DNA of 64,000 nucleotides from Chthonomonas calidirosea. GTDB taxonomy: Bacteria > Armatimonadota > Fimbriimonadia > Fimbriimonadales > Fimbriimonadaceae. The stretch lies in assembly GCA_945859975.1 (NCBI GenBank), contig CAMAPH010000007.1, forward strand, positions 1-64,000, in the 5' to 3' direction. A model generated the notes under the pieces. It was not told the origin of the DNA, made no database searches, and saw only the letters and a program-made list of their open reading frames with translations. Positions 53,957-62,750 of the stretch are shown here, piece after piece. The position numbers and the translations under genes are program-made. Numbering within the stretch: position 1 is the stretch's first letter; each line of letters opens with the position of its first letter.

Positions 53957-54752
53957 GTGGGTAATGAGCTCTGGAACTGCGATTGGCAGTTCACACATAA
54001 GAGCTAATAGAGAGTGTGAGGACTACGGAGGTTCAGTAGCCTGCTTGACATGTGCGGGGGAATCTGCTCTTCTGTTTGTCGCTGATGGAGCCGGATCAGC
54101 ATCAAATGCAAAATTTGGATCGAAATTTGTCTGCGACTCGTTCGTCGCGCACTTTGCTGTACCAATGGCATCGCAAACCTACAAGCCAATCAGCGAAGTC
54201 GAAGCCCGCTTGTGGGTTCGCCATGTCCGGGACTCACTCTTAGCGCAAGCCGAGATCATGAACTGTCGCCTAGAAGACTTCGCAACTACCTTTCTAGGTT
54301 GCATCCTTACATCGGAAGCATCCCTTCTAATTCAAATAGGTGATGGTGCAATCGTCCTATCCGAAATGGATTCTCCGGGCGAGTTTAACGTCTATGAATG
54401 GCCTGACCAAGGGGAATATGCCAATTCGACTACATTTGTCACGTCAGATGATGCACTTGAAAAATTGAAAGTTGTCAATTATGGTTTACCGCTAAAACAC
54501 GTTGCACTCTTTACTGATGGCCTTCAACGACTTTTACTCGACTATAACGAGAAACTTCCCCATCAACCATTTTTTAATTACTGGTTCCAAAGACTGCATG
54601 ATCAGCGTCATGATATTGATTCGCTTTCGCAAGAATTAAATGACCTTCTAACTTCAGAAATTGTCAACAAGAAAACTGACGATGATAAAGCCCTTGTTCT
54701 CGCATCGAATATTGCATCGTTAGAAAGTGAGACCTGTGTACGAAACTGCTAG
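53943..54752 (+). CDS. PP2C-like phosphatase (YegK-like, TerY-P triad)
   Basis: GSSH....[33 protein letters not shown]. Confidence 0.92.
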   Translation: MVQTRWVMSSGTAIGSSHIRANRECEDYGGSVACLTCAGESALLFVADGAGSASNAKFGSKFVCDSFVAHFAVPMASQTYKPISEVEARLWVRHVRDSLLAQAEIMNCRLEDFATTFLGCILTSEASLLIQIGDGAIVLSEMDSPGEFNVYEWPDQGEYANSTTFVTSDDALEKLKVVNYGLPLKHVALFTDGLQRLLLDYNEKLPHQPFFNYWFQRLHDQRHDIDSLSQELNDLLTSEIVNKKTDDDKALVLASNIASLESETCVRNC

Positions 54753-56679
54753 CGGACAAACCGTCCGACTAGGAACAGTACTGGGAAAAGGTGGCGAAGG
54801 AACCGTTTATTCCCTCGAATCTAACGCGCTAAAGGTCATCAAGATCTATCATCAACCTCCTAGTCAAGATCTTGTCGATAAGCTAATCTATATGACTAGT
54901 ATTTGCAGTTCTGATCTGCAATCAATGAGCTGCTGGCCGGAAGCTGTGGTGCTAGATCGGAAGGCGCATCGTACAATGGGATACGTAATGCCATCAGCAG
55001 CAGGTTATCGTGAGATTCACAAGCTGTGCGGACCAAAGTCTCGGGCACAAGAGTTCCCATCAGCCACGTGGCAATTCTTACTTCAAGTAGCACTCAACGT
55101 TTGCAAAACTTTCAGCTATCTCCATAGCATTGGTCATGTTGTTGGCGACATAAATCATTCATCAGTCATGGTTAAAGATGATGCCACAGTTAAACTAATC
55201 GACTGTGACTCTATACAAGTAAAGTCGGGCCCACGAACGTTTCGTTGTACGGTAGGAGAACCATTACATACACCTCCTGAACTACAAGGACTATCGCTCA
55301 GAAATCTAGACCGGACGGTAAATCATGACAATTTTGGTCTTGCAGTATTGATCTTTGAGCTACTTTTCATGGGAAGGCATCCGTATATTGGACAATATCT
55401 CGGCACCGGTCATCTTACACCGGAACAAAAGATCGGTATGAATCTTTTTGCTTACAGTGAATCCCACAAATCTAGTATTGTTGAGCCACCACCTTACAGT
55501 TTGCGGCTTAATCAAATTGACATTGAACTTAGGATGCTTTTCGAGCGGGCATTCTCGATCCAGCAAAAGGGAATTTCTAGGCCGAAGCCGGAAGAATGGC
55601 TCGCAGCTATTCGTACTCAACTGCGAAATCTCAAGAAATGCTCACTTTACGAATCTCATTACTACGACCAAAAACTCACCGTGTGTCCTTGGTGCCAACT
55701 AGATCAATCGCTGAACATATATCTGTTCTCTTCGGTTCTCAACTCCCCCCGATCAAATGAAAGGTTCAATCTTCAAGAAACTTGGGCCGCAATTCAGGCC
55801 ATTGTCAAGCCAGACATAAAACCTGTACTAACATCGGCGAAAAGCGTCAGGCAATGGCCTGCACCTAGCTCGGAGATACTTGAATTTTGCACATCACGTA
55901 GCAAAGGTTCTACGATTGCCTCATATGTCATTGTAGCTGCATTTGTTTGTTTTGCTTGGTTTAGCATGATACCGGCAGCAGCAATCATGATTGCAATGTT
56001 CGGATTGCTTGTTGTATTGGTATATTGGTTTAAAAGCTTACAAATTCTTCAGAATCTTAAACAAAGTTCGCGTGATCAAGAAGCTAAAGTTATTCAAATG
56101 CAGAGAGACTCCTACTCGGACAATCGATTTGAGGATTGTCTTGCCGCTCTCAAGACTGCTCGTGAAAGCTATCTTGCCTTAGGCGCCAAGCGAGTAAGTC
56201 AGGTTTCAGCGCTCACCCAGTCGGCCAATGCAATCCGAGAAAGAAAGTTCCTTGAAGGATGCTTGTTACGCTCAGCGGATATCGGTGGTATTGGATCTAG
56301 TCGGAAAGCGATGCTCCTCGCTTATGGCATCGAGACTGCTGCTGATGTCACAGTGAGCAGAGTACTTGCAATTCCTGGTTTTGGACCCAGTTTAGCAAGT
56401 GAGCTAATGCAATGGAGATTGCATTGTTTAACCAGATTTAATGTGAATTTGAAGCCAACGTTGGATCCATCAGAGTTGATGAGAATTGACAGAACGTTGG
56501 ATGCAGAGCGGAGTGTGCTGCAACTGCAGTTAACTGCCGGATTGAAGGATCTAGAGCGAATTGCTTCCGAAATTACCGTTGACCTAGATAATCTCAGCAG
56601 CAAGATGATGCAAAGTGCTGCGCTAGAGGCTCAAATTTCTGTCGATTTAGTCAAGCTCAGGAACAACTGGATTGTTTAA
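54727..56679 (+). CDS. Ser/Thr kinase with TM segments and HhH (YegI-like, TerY-P triad)
   Basis: LGKGGEG, KIY, VVGDIN, IDCDS, HDNFGLA, GRHPY, CPWC, GIETAADV...IPGFG. Confidence 0.9.
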   Translation: MRPVYETASGQTVRLGTVLGKGGEGTVYSLESNALKVIKIYHQPPSQDLVDKLIYMTSICSSDLQSMSCWPEAVVLDRKAHRTMGYVMPSAAGYREIHKLCGPKSRAQEFPSATWQFLLQVALNVCKTFSYLHSIGHVVGDINHSSVMVKDDATVKLIDCDSIQVKSGPRTFRCTVGEPLHTPPELQGLSLRNLDRTVNHDNFGLAVLIFELLFMGRHPYIGQYLGTGHLTPEQKIGMNLFAYSESHKSSIVEPPPYSLRLNQIDIELRMLFERAFSIQQKGISRPKPEEWLAAIRTQLRNLKKCSLYESHYYDQKLTVCPWCQLDQSLNIYLFSSVLNSPRSNERFNLQETWAAIQAIVKPDIKPVLTSAKSVRQWPAPSSEILEFCTSRSKGSTIASYVIVAAFVCFAWFSMIPAAAIMIAMFGLLVVLVYWFKSLQILQNLKQSSRDQEAKVIQMQRDSYSDNRFEDCLAALKTARESYLALGAKRVSQVSALTQSANAIRERKFLEGCLLRSADIGGIGSSRKAMLLAYGIETAADVTVSRVLAIPGFGPSLASELMQWRLHCLTRFNVNLKPTLDPSELMRIDRTLDAERSVLQLQLTAGLKDLERIASEITVDLDNLSSKMMQSAALEAQISVDLVKLRNNWIV

Positions 56680-56768
56680 TGCTCAGTCAGCATCTTGCCC
56701 GCGTTCCAGTGCTCGATGCACCTAGGGCAAATTCCCTGCTTAATATCGATGTTTAAAGGACCTGATCC

Positions 56769-56804
56769 ATCCCAACGGGCAAACAGATGAAAGCTCGTTG
56801 GGAT
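56769..56804. terminator. Hairpin between convergent kinase and porin genes
   Basis: ATCCCAACGGGC / GCTCGTTGGGAT 12-bp stem (one G-U) followed by TTT. Confidence 0.55.
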
Positions 56805-56821
56805 TTTATGCAAGATTACGG

Positions 56822-57925
56822 CTAGAACCGCAGGATGTGGGCGATGGTGAGGGTCGTTCGGTTGTTCGAAAGTCCGCCGTTGGAACTGTTGAACACGTTG
56901 AGGTTCGACTTGTCGTACCGAAGTTCGGCGCGGAGCGTCGAGTTTGAGCTAAGACCCATATCGTATCCAGCGGTGATCGACTGGTAGCGAGCGGCGAATC
57001 CAGTTCGGAAGCCGTTTGGATCGTTGACGGACTCGACGCGCAGCCCGATCGACGAATTTGACGAAGCGGTGTACTTGAGGTAGCCAGCGGCGCCATAGAA
57101 CTTTCCGCCTGGGTCGCCGGCATCCAGTCCGGTCGCGCTGGCGTAGTCCGCGTTCACGGTGAACTTCAGCTTGTCGCTGATTGGGTACTGGAAGATAACA
57201 TCGCCTTGGTGAACACTGGTGTTGCCGCCAGCGCCAAAGCCGTTGACGCGGGACGAACCTTCGTTGCCGCCGATGTAGTTGAGCGTGAGGGTGCCCTTTC
57301 CGACCGGGACGCTACCAGATGCGCCATAGGTCTTTCCAGCGTTGCTGTCTTCGGTTTCGTTCCAACCATTGACAAGGTAGAGCGAAACGGCAACTGGACC
57401 GACCGTGGAGCTTGCACGACCACCAAGGTGGTAGATCGGCTGGGCCAAGGTGTAGAGGAATGGTCGGGAGTAGTGGTCGCAATCTGCAGCGACGATGCCC
57501 TCGTAGCCCACCCAAGCTGGGAACTTACCGAAGTCGAGGGTGTAGTTCTTGCCTTGATAGGTGACGTAGCCTTGCTGAACGTACTTCAGGGCCGAGTTTG
57601 GACCGGCTGGCTCGGTGGCGGCGAGGATGTCCGCGTTCTTACCGAACGAGAACTGAAGGGTGAAACCCCATGGATTCTCAGCCGTTGGCTTCATGACAGC
57701 GGTGCCCTGCACTGATGCGATGGTGAAGCTGTTGTTCGTGACGTCGAACTGGCGGAAGTTCACCGAACTGCCAGTAGCCGACTTCTTGAAGTTCGACTGG
57801 TAGAACATATCGATCAAACCGGAGAAGCTAATCTTCGGTTCCTCGGCGTGAGCGGCGATGCTTAGAGTGGAGAGAACGGCGAGCATCGTTGATCGCGCAA
57901 AGGTGGACCGGTATGAAGTTTTCAT
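56822..57925 (-). CDS. Outer-membrane beta-barrel porin (BBP2/DUF1597-like)
   Basis: Signal peptide; QQGYVTY, DFGKF...VGYE, NGWN, RAELRYD; terminal Phe. Confidence 0.8.
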   Translation of the reverse strand: MKTSYRSTFARSTMLAVLSTLSIAAHAEEPKISFSGLIDMFYQSNFKKSATGSSVNFRQFDVTNNSFTIASVQGTAVMKPTAENPWGFTLQFSFGKNADILAATEPAGPNSALKYVQQGYVTYQGKNYTLDFGKFPAWVGYEGIVAADCDHYSRPFLYTLAQPIYHLGGRASSTVGPVAVSLYLVNGWNETEDSNAGKTYGASGSVPVGKGTLTLNYIGGNEGSSRVNGFGAGGNTSVHQGDVIFQYPISDKLKFTVNADYASATGLDAGDPGGKFYGAAGYLKYTASSNSSIGLRVESVNDPNGFRTGFAARYQSITAGYDMGLSSNSTLRAELRYDKSNLNVFNSSNGGLSNNRTTLTIAHILRF

Positions 57926-58100
57926 GGATGTATCACCAGAGCCATTTCTGGTTGGGCAACATCATACGGCGAAACTTTCAGAATTCAAAAGAAAAAGTCG
58001 AAAATTTACAAGTCTTTGGCTTGGAATTTAGGTGAAGACCCGCTCTTTCCCCGCAAACATACTTGTACTCAACTTGATATACAAGTCTAAATCAAGAGTG

Positions 58101-58393
58101 ATGTGATGCAGGAGGAGCGTTGGGGGCTATAACCAGGGAGAGATTGGTCGACAGATTAGACACTGGCGGCCTCGGGTGGAGCCGAACCCAACGCGGTCAA
58201 ATCCTGCATCTCGTGCGGTAGCCGCACCTTGCGAGCGACTCGATCTACAACCGGCCGTCGTCTCTGTCCGGGTACGACTCTCCGAACCCGTTCGGCTCAA
58301 TCCAGCGCTCTGTTTGTGGGTTGTAGCGATATTGAAGATGTGCCGAAACGGAGCGGAACAATTGATTGCCGATACAAGTCGTATGACATCGGC
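58101..58393. ncRNA. Candidate structured RNA of unknown family
   Basis: Many nested helices read by eye (see findings); no family motif recognised; strand unknown. Confidence 0.35.
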
Positions 58394-58437
58394 GGGATCC
58401 AAATTCTTGAGATCTGTCACCCATTGGAAGAATAAAC

Positions 58438-58998
58438 ATGAAGAAACCCATTTCTCTTCTTTGCCTGTGTCTCGTTGTTGCCTCCAGTCAAGCGTATTTA
58501 GTATTCAACACGTTCGGCGCGGGGGAATCCGCAAAAGTTTTTGGCTGGGGCTTCGGCGATATTTTTGACACGCGGGCTGCCGCCCAATTCACTGCAAGCA
58601 AAACTGGAGTCGTGAACTTCATCAAGATGAAACTGCTAAGAAGCGGTGACGGTAAGCGAAATTTTGCTACCATTTCCCTGTTCGAAGACAACGGCAACGA
58701 TATTGGCACCTTGATGGCCACCTTTACCGCAGACGTGAGAACAGCCGGTGTGAAGACCTTAACAAACAATGACCGAAGAGTCCGGCTCATCGGTGGGCGT
58801 AAATACTGGATCGAAGCGAAGTCGGCGGCTGGTTCTGGCGTTTACTCAGGCTGGAGCCAAAACGATCAGGGCCGAACTGGTTTGATTAAATTTGGTCAGT
58901 TGGAGGCCAAACCAAATTCCACTTATCGTGTGGGCGAAGGTACGTTGCCTGCCTTTAGCGTGGATGTCGAGTCGCGCCCTTGGGGTCGAACTCCGTAA
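58438..58998 (+). CDS. Secreted beta-sandwich protein (choice-of-anchor-R-like)
   Basis: Signal peptide, AAQFTA, L.GGRKYWI, PAFSV; family assignment tentative. Confidence 0.55.
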   Translation: MKKPISLLCLCLVVASSQAYLVFNTFGAGESAKVFGWGFGDIFDTRAAAQFTASKTGVVNFIKMKLLRSGDGKRNFATISLFEDNGNDIGTLMATFTADVRTAGVKTLTNNDRRVRLIGGRKYWIEAKSAAGSGVYSGWSQNDQGRTGLIKFGQLEAKPNSTYRVGEGTLPAFSVDVESRPWGRTP

Positions 58999-59409
58999 TC
59001 AAGCAAGAGTAGTTTACGATTGGGGTTGTAGCTAGACGGCGGCGTACTCAGGCAACCGCACCGACGACCAGGTGCGTCCGCGGGTTCTCTTGACTCTTGG
59101 GGCGGAAATGTTTCGCTCCAAGACTTCATCTTCCAAACGCCCGCACCCCTTCCAGTTGCCGTTGGGATTAATTTCGGCAGCCCCGTTCAGAACGGTTGTT
59201 ACGTGCGCCAAGTAAAGCCCCAGCGGTCAGCACTTCTGCCCCGTAAAGCTCACCCATGAACCGCTGAGCGTGCAAGAGTTTTGTGAAGTCAATGCGGCCC
59301 AAAATGCGGGTCATCGCTGGGTTCAGGCTCTGCGGGTTTCAAATGTATGCCGACTGGAAAAAAACCATTCGAGGCATTGAAGGGGTAACCGATGTGCCCG
59401 GAACGATTT

Positions 59410-59490
59410 ATTCCCTGTGGCGCCGGCTCGCCATTGCCATCGATCGAATTAAGCCCGGCAAACCGCAGCAGAATGGCCGCCATGAGGGAA
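59410..59490 (+). pseudogene. IS481-like transposase/integrase remnant
   Basis: LWRRLAIAIDRIKPGKPQQNGRHE resembles the DDE core end (RLGI..ERI.PG.PQ.NGRHER); the rest of the transposase is absent. Confidence 0.65.
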
Positions 59491-59589
59491 CGTATCTTCC
59501 GCTGATCGAGAGCGGATAAAGGGCTCTCGTGCACCACGAGTTTCTTTACCCAAAGCGCGTTTTGAAGGACTCGAGTTCCGTTGGCAGCT

Positions 59590-60012
59590 TCAAGACCGGC
59601 TTCGTGCGCAGACGATCAGTTCTTGGTCGTACTTGTCGGAAATATCTCGTGGCCTCTTTCCCTCCGGAGCAACGATCAGGGTCAAAGAATTTCCGTTGAG
59701 CCGATAACCCACTGCCACGGGCTTCGATTTCTTGTCACTTCCAATTGGCCAAATCAGGCAAAGCTTGGGCTTGCTCATCGGATCTAACTTGAATGTGTAC
59801 TTTTCCTCTCGACCGGTTTCATCGGTGAAAGTCACTTTGTCGCCCTTGAAAACGTACCGAAAGTTGACTTGCTTGGACTTGCCGTTGAGACTCTCTCTTT
59901 GCGCCAGCCAGACGCCTTGGATATTGGTCCGGTCGTCAGGTGCCTTTGCATTGGACTGCACACCGATGAAAAAGGCACTCGCGACCGTCGCAAGGGTGGG
60001 AAAAGGCTTCAT
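59590..60012 (-). CDS. TIGR03067-like secreted beta-barrel domain protein
   Basis: IQGVW......NGK, FKLDP.SKPK, GY.LNG.SL..., RP. Confidence 0.7.
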   Translation of the reverse strand: MKPFPTLATVASAFFIGVQSNAKAPDDRTNIQGVWLAQRESLNGKSKQVNFRYVFKGDKVTFTDETGREEKYTFKLDPMSKPKLCLIWPIGSDKKSKPVAVGYRLNGNSLTLIVAPEGKRPRDISDKYDQELIVCARSRS

Positions 60013-60111
60013 CGAACTCTGCTAACGTGTAGGCCGAGGCAAGGTTTCAAGTCGACTTCAGCTCGACGTGCGGACCAAATCATCCGTTCGTGGTTTCGGA
60101 ATTGAAATGGC

Positions 60112-60186
60112 TGGAGCCGATGACGGGATTCGAACCTGCGACCTGCTGTTTACGAAACAGCTGCTCTACCCCTGAGCTACATCGGC
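60112..60186 (-). tRNA. tRNA-Thr(CGT)
   Basis: GCCGATG/CATCGGC acceptor stem, GCTGT-TTCGTAA-ACAGC anticodon arm, GGTTCGAATCC, encoded CCA; one A-C mismatch in the T-stem. Confidence 0.92.
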
Positions 60187-60250
60187 TGACGAGAAAAAGA
60201 TACCCGAACCCTCTCGCAGAAGGCACAATAGAGAGAACAAGGCCCTTCCA

Positions 60251-61339
60251 ATGACGCAAGATAGCTTCCCCATTCGTCGAGTTGATCACATCCGCCATTA
60301 CGTGGGCAATGCCCGCCAGGCCGCTTTCTACTACCGAAACGTTTTCGGCTTCAACATCACCGCCTTCCACGGTCTAGAAACCGGGTTGCGGCACGAGGTT
60401 GACATCCTGTTGGAGCAGAACAACGTCAAGCTGCTGTTCTCTGCCCCACTTCGGCCCGGACATCCGATGGCCGAGAAGATCGCCCAGCACGGCGACTTTG
60501 TCCAGGACATCGCTTTCGAAGTGGACGACGTCGATTGGGCGTACAACGAGGCAGTTTCGCGAGGCGCGACTTCGGCCCGTGAGCCTTTCACGCTTTCGGA
60601 CGAAAACGGCGATGTGCGCATAGCAAGCATCAAAACGTACGGCGACACCCTTCACACCTTTATCAATCGCGACAACTTCCGCGGTCACTTCTTGCCGAAC
60701 TACCGCGAGCATTTCGAAGCGGGTGAAGGCATCGGCATTCAGGAAATTGATCACTGCGTCGGGAACGTGGAGCTCGGACAGATGAACCATTGGGTTCACT
60801 GGTACGAGGAAGTGCTTGGGTTCAAGCAGCTCATCTCGTTCGACGACAACGATATTTCAACTGAGTACACAGCGCTGATGTCCAAGGTGATGGCGGGCGG
60901 CGGCGGAAGGGTGAAGTTCCCAATCAACGAGCCAGCCGAAGGGAAAAAGAAGTCACAGATCGACGAGTACCTGGAGTTCTTTGGTGGCGCCGGGGTTCAG
61001 CATGTGGCACTTCGTACGGACGATATCATCCACACCGTTACGTCGCTCCGCAACAAGGGAATGCAGTTCTTGACCGTTCCGAAGGCGTACTATGCCGCAC
61101 TGCCCGACCGAGTTGGCACGATTGACGAGGACATCGCCACCTTGGCCGACCTCGGAATTCTTGTGGACCGAGATGATGAGGGGTATCTCCTCCAAATTTT
61201 CACCAAGCCAGTGACGGACCGTCCGACGCTGTTTTATGAGATCATCCACCGCAAGGGCGCGACGAGTTTTGGCAAGGGCAACTTCAAAGCTCTGTTCGAA
61301 GCGATTGAACGAGAGCAGGAACTTCGCGGGACTCTTTAA
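60251..61339 (+). CDS. hppD: 4-hydroxyphenylpyruvate dioxygenase
   Basis: IDHCVGNV, FPINEP, GVQHVAL, LLQIFT, FGKGNFKALFEAIEREQ. Confidence 0.96.
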   Translation: MTQDSFPIRRVDHIRHYVGNARQAAFYYRNVFGFNITAFHGLETGLRHEVDILLEQNNVKLLFSAPLRPGHPMAEKIAQHGDFVQDIAFEVDDVDWAYNEAVSRGATSAREPFTLSDENGDVRIASIKTYGDTLHTFINRDNFRGHFLPNYREHFEAGEGIGIQEIDHCVGNVELGQMNHWVHWYEEVLGFKQLISFDDNDISTEYTALMSKVMAGGGGRVKFPINEPAEGKKKSQIDEYLEFFGGAGVQHVALRTDDIIHTVTSLRNKGMQFLTVPKAYYAALPDRVGTIDEDIATLADLGILVDRDDEGYLLQIFTKPVTDRPTLFYEIIHRKGATSFGKGNFKALFEAIEREQELRGTL

Positions 61340-61341
61340 CA

Positions 61342-61385
61342 ATTCTTAACAGTGTTGCGAAATTTTTCGCAACACTGTTAAGAAT
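61342..61385. repeat. Perfect 21-bp inverted repeat
   Basis: ATTCTTAACAGTGTTGCGAAA-tt-TTTCGCAACACTGTTAAGAAT. Confidence 0.9.
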
Positions 61386-61429
61386 CGGTGTAGATTGTGT
61401 TTGGGTCATTTGACCTAAGGAATTTATTC

Positions 61430-61927
61430 ATGCTTAAGAAAGTTGCATCGACGCTTCTCATCGCCATGATCGCCGTTGTCGCACAGGCAGATCTGTTTGT
61501 CTTCCGCGCAAATCTCACCTCGGGTCAAGAGATTCAGAACCCGCCGGTTACCACTCCAGCATTCGGTCTCGGTCGACTGAAGGTGTACACCGATACCAAC
61601 GGCCTCATTTACTACGAAGGCTTCCTTGAGGCACGAAAGCTCTCCGGCGCGCCAACCGGGTTCCACATTCACCGAGCGGCTGCCGGCTCGAACGGTCCGG
61701 TTGTGGTTGACTTCTTGGACCAGTTCACCCAGACCGTTGATCTTGGGAACGGAAACCGAAACATCTACTTCAAGGGCCGAATCACGGACCGTGTCGTTGG
61801 TGGAACGTTAGTCACACGCTTCCAAATCCTCGACGCGATTCGCGCCGGAAACGGATACTTCAACGTGCACAACACGTCTTTCCCAGCAGGGGAAACACGT
61901 GGCCAGCTTGTTGAAGTCATTCCCTAG
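61430..61927 (+). CDS. Secreted CHRD-domain protein, copy 1
   Basis: ANLTSGQE, FHIHRAAAGSNGPVV, YFNVHNTSFPAGETRGQL. Confidence 0.9.
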   Translation: MLKKVASTLLIAMIAVVAQADLFVFRANLTSGQEIQNPPVTTPAFGLGRLKVYTDTNGLIYYEGFLEARKLSGAPTGFHIHRAAAGSNGPVVVDFLDQFTQTVDLGNGNRNIYFKGRITDRVVGGTLVTRFQILDAIRAGNGYFNVHNTSFPAGETRGQLVEVIP

Positions 61928-61943
61928 TTCTTAGCGAAACTTT

Positions 61944-61978
61944 GCCCCGAGCAGCCGACGGCTGGTCGGGGCTATTTT
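61944..61978 (+). terminator. Terminator after CHRD copy 1
   Basis: GCCCCGAGCAGCCG-a-CGGCTGGTCGGGGC plus T-rich tail. Confidence 0.75.
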
Positions 61979-62136
61979 GTATTTCAGGACCCATAATTTT
62001 TGCGGGAGTCGAAGTGTGCTTACATGCCTTGAATCTCACAATGAATAGAATTCTCAATCGTTTTGCGAGATTTTCCCAACAATTCGGCGAATCAGTGTAG
62101 ATCGTGTTAGGGTCGTTTGGCCTAAGGAACCTATAC

Positions 62137-62637
62137 ATGCTTAAGAAAGTTGCATCGACGCTTCTCATCGCCATGGTCGCGGTTGTCGCACATGCCGATC
62201 TGTTCGTCTTCCGCGCAAACCTAACTACGGGTCAAGAAATTCAGACCCCGCGGGTCACCACGCGAGCATTCGGCGTTGGCCGGCTGAAGGTGTACACCGA
62301 TAAAAACGGACGCATGTACTACGAAGGCTTCCTTGAGGCCCGAAAGCTCTCCGGCCCGCCAACTGGGTTCCACATCCACCGAGCTGCCGCTGGCTCAAAC
62401 GGTCCGGTTGTCGTTGACTTCTTTGACCAGTTCGTCCGAACGGTTGACCTTGGGAAAGGAAACCGAAACATCTACGTCAAGGGCCAACTCCTAGACCGTA
62501 TCGTTGGCGGAGAAATTGTCACTCGCTTTCAGATTCTTGACGCACTTCGCGCCGGAAACGGATATTTCAACGTTCACAACGCTTCATTCCCTGCAGGAGA
62601 AACCCGCGGACAGCTGGTTGAAGTCACCGCTTCCTAG
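62137..62637 (+). CDS. Secreted CHRD-domain protein, copy 2
   Basis: Close paralog of copy 1, start offset by 707 nt. Confidence 0.9.
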   Translation: MLKKVASTLLIAMVAVVAHADLFVFRANLTTGQEIQTPRVTTRAFGVGRLKVYTDKNGRMYYEGFLEARKLSGPPTGFHIHRAAAGSNGPVVVDFFDQFVRTVDLGKGNRNIYVKGQLLDRIVGGEIVTRFQILDALRAGNGYFNVHNASFPAGETRGQLVEVTAS

Positions 62638-62653
62638 GTTTTAGCGAAACTTT

Positions 62654-62688
62654 GCCCCGAGCAGCCGACGGCTGGTCGGGGCTTTTTT
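62654..62688 (+). terminator. Terminator after CHRD copy 2
   Basis: Same hairpin as after copy 1, plus T6. Confidence 0.8.
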
Positions 62689-62750
62689 GTACGTCAGGAC
62701 CCATAATGACTCTGGGAACCGTAGTACACCTTGGTGCCTTGAATCAAGCA

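Noticed and set aside
58090..58215. Resemblance to a SAM-I riboswitch (ATCAAGAG...AAATCCTGCA) or tmRNA (GGGGCT, GGCTCCACC)
   Set aside because: The SAM-I core (kink-turn, GCAACC) is missing; there is no tmRNA T-arm, CCA end or tag frame in a consistent orientation
59283..59519. 78-aa ORF as a functional transposase
   Set aside because: Only about 25 residues resemble the IS481 core; no HTH, first catalytic Asp residues or terminal inverted repeats were seen
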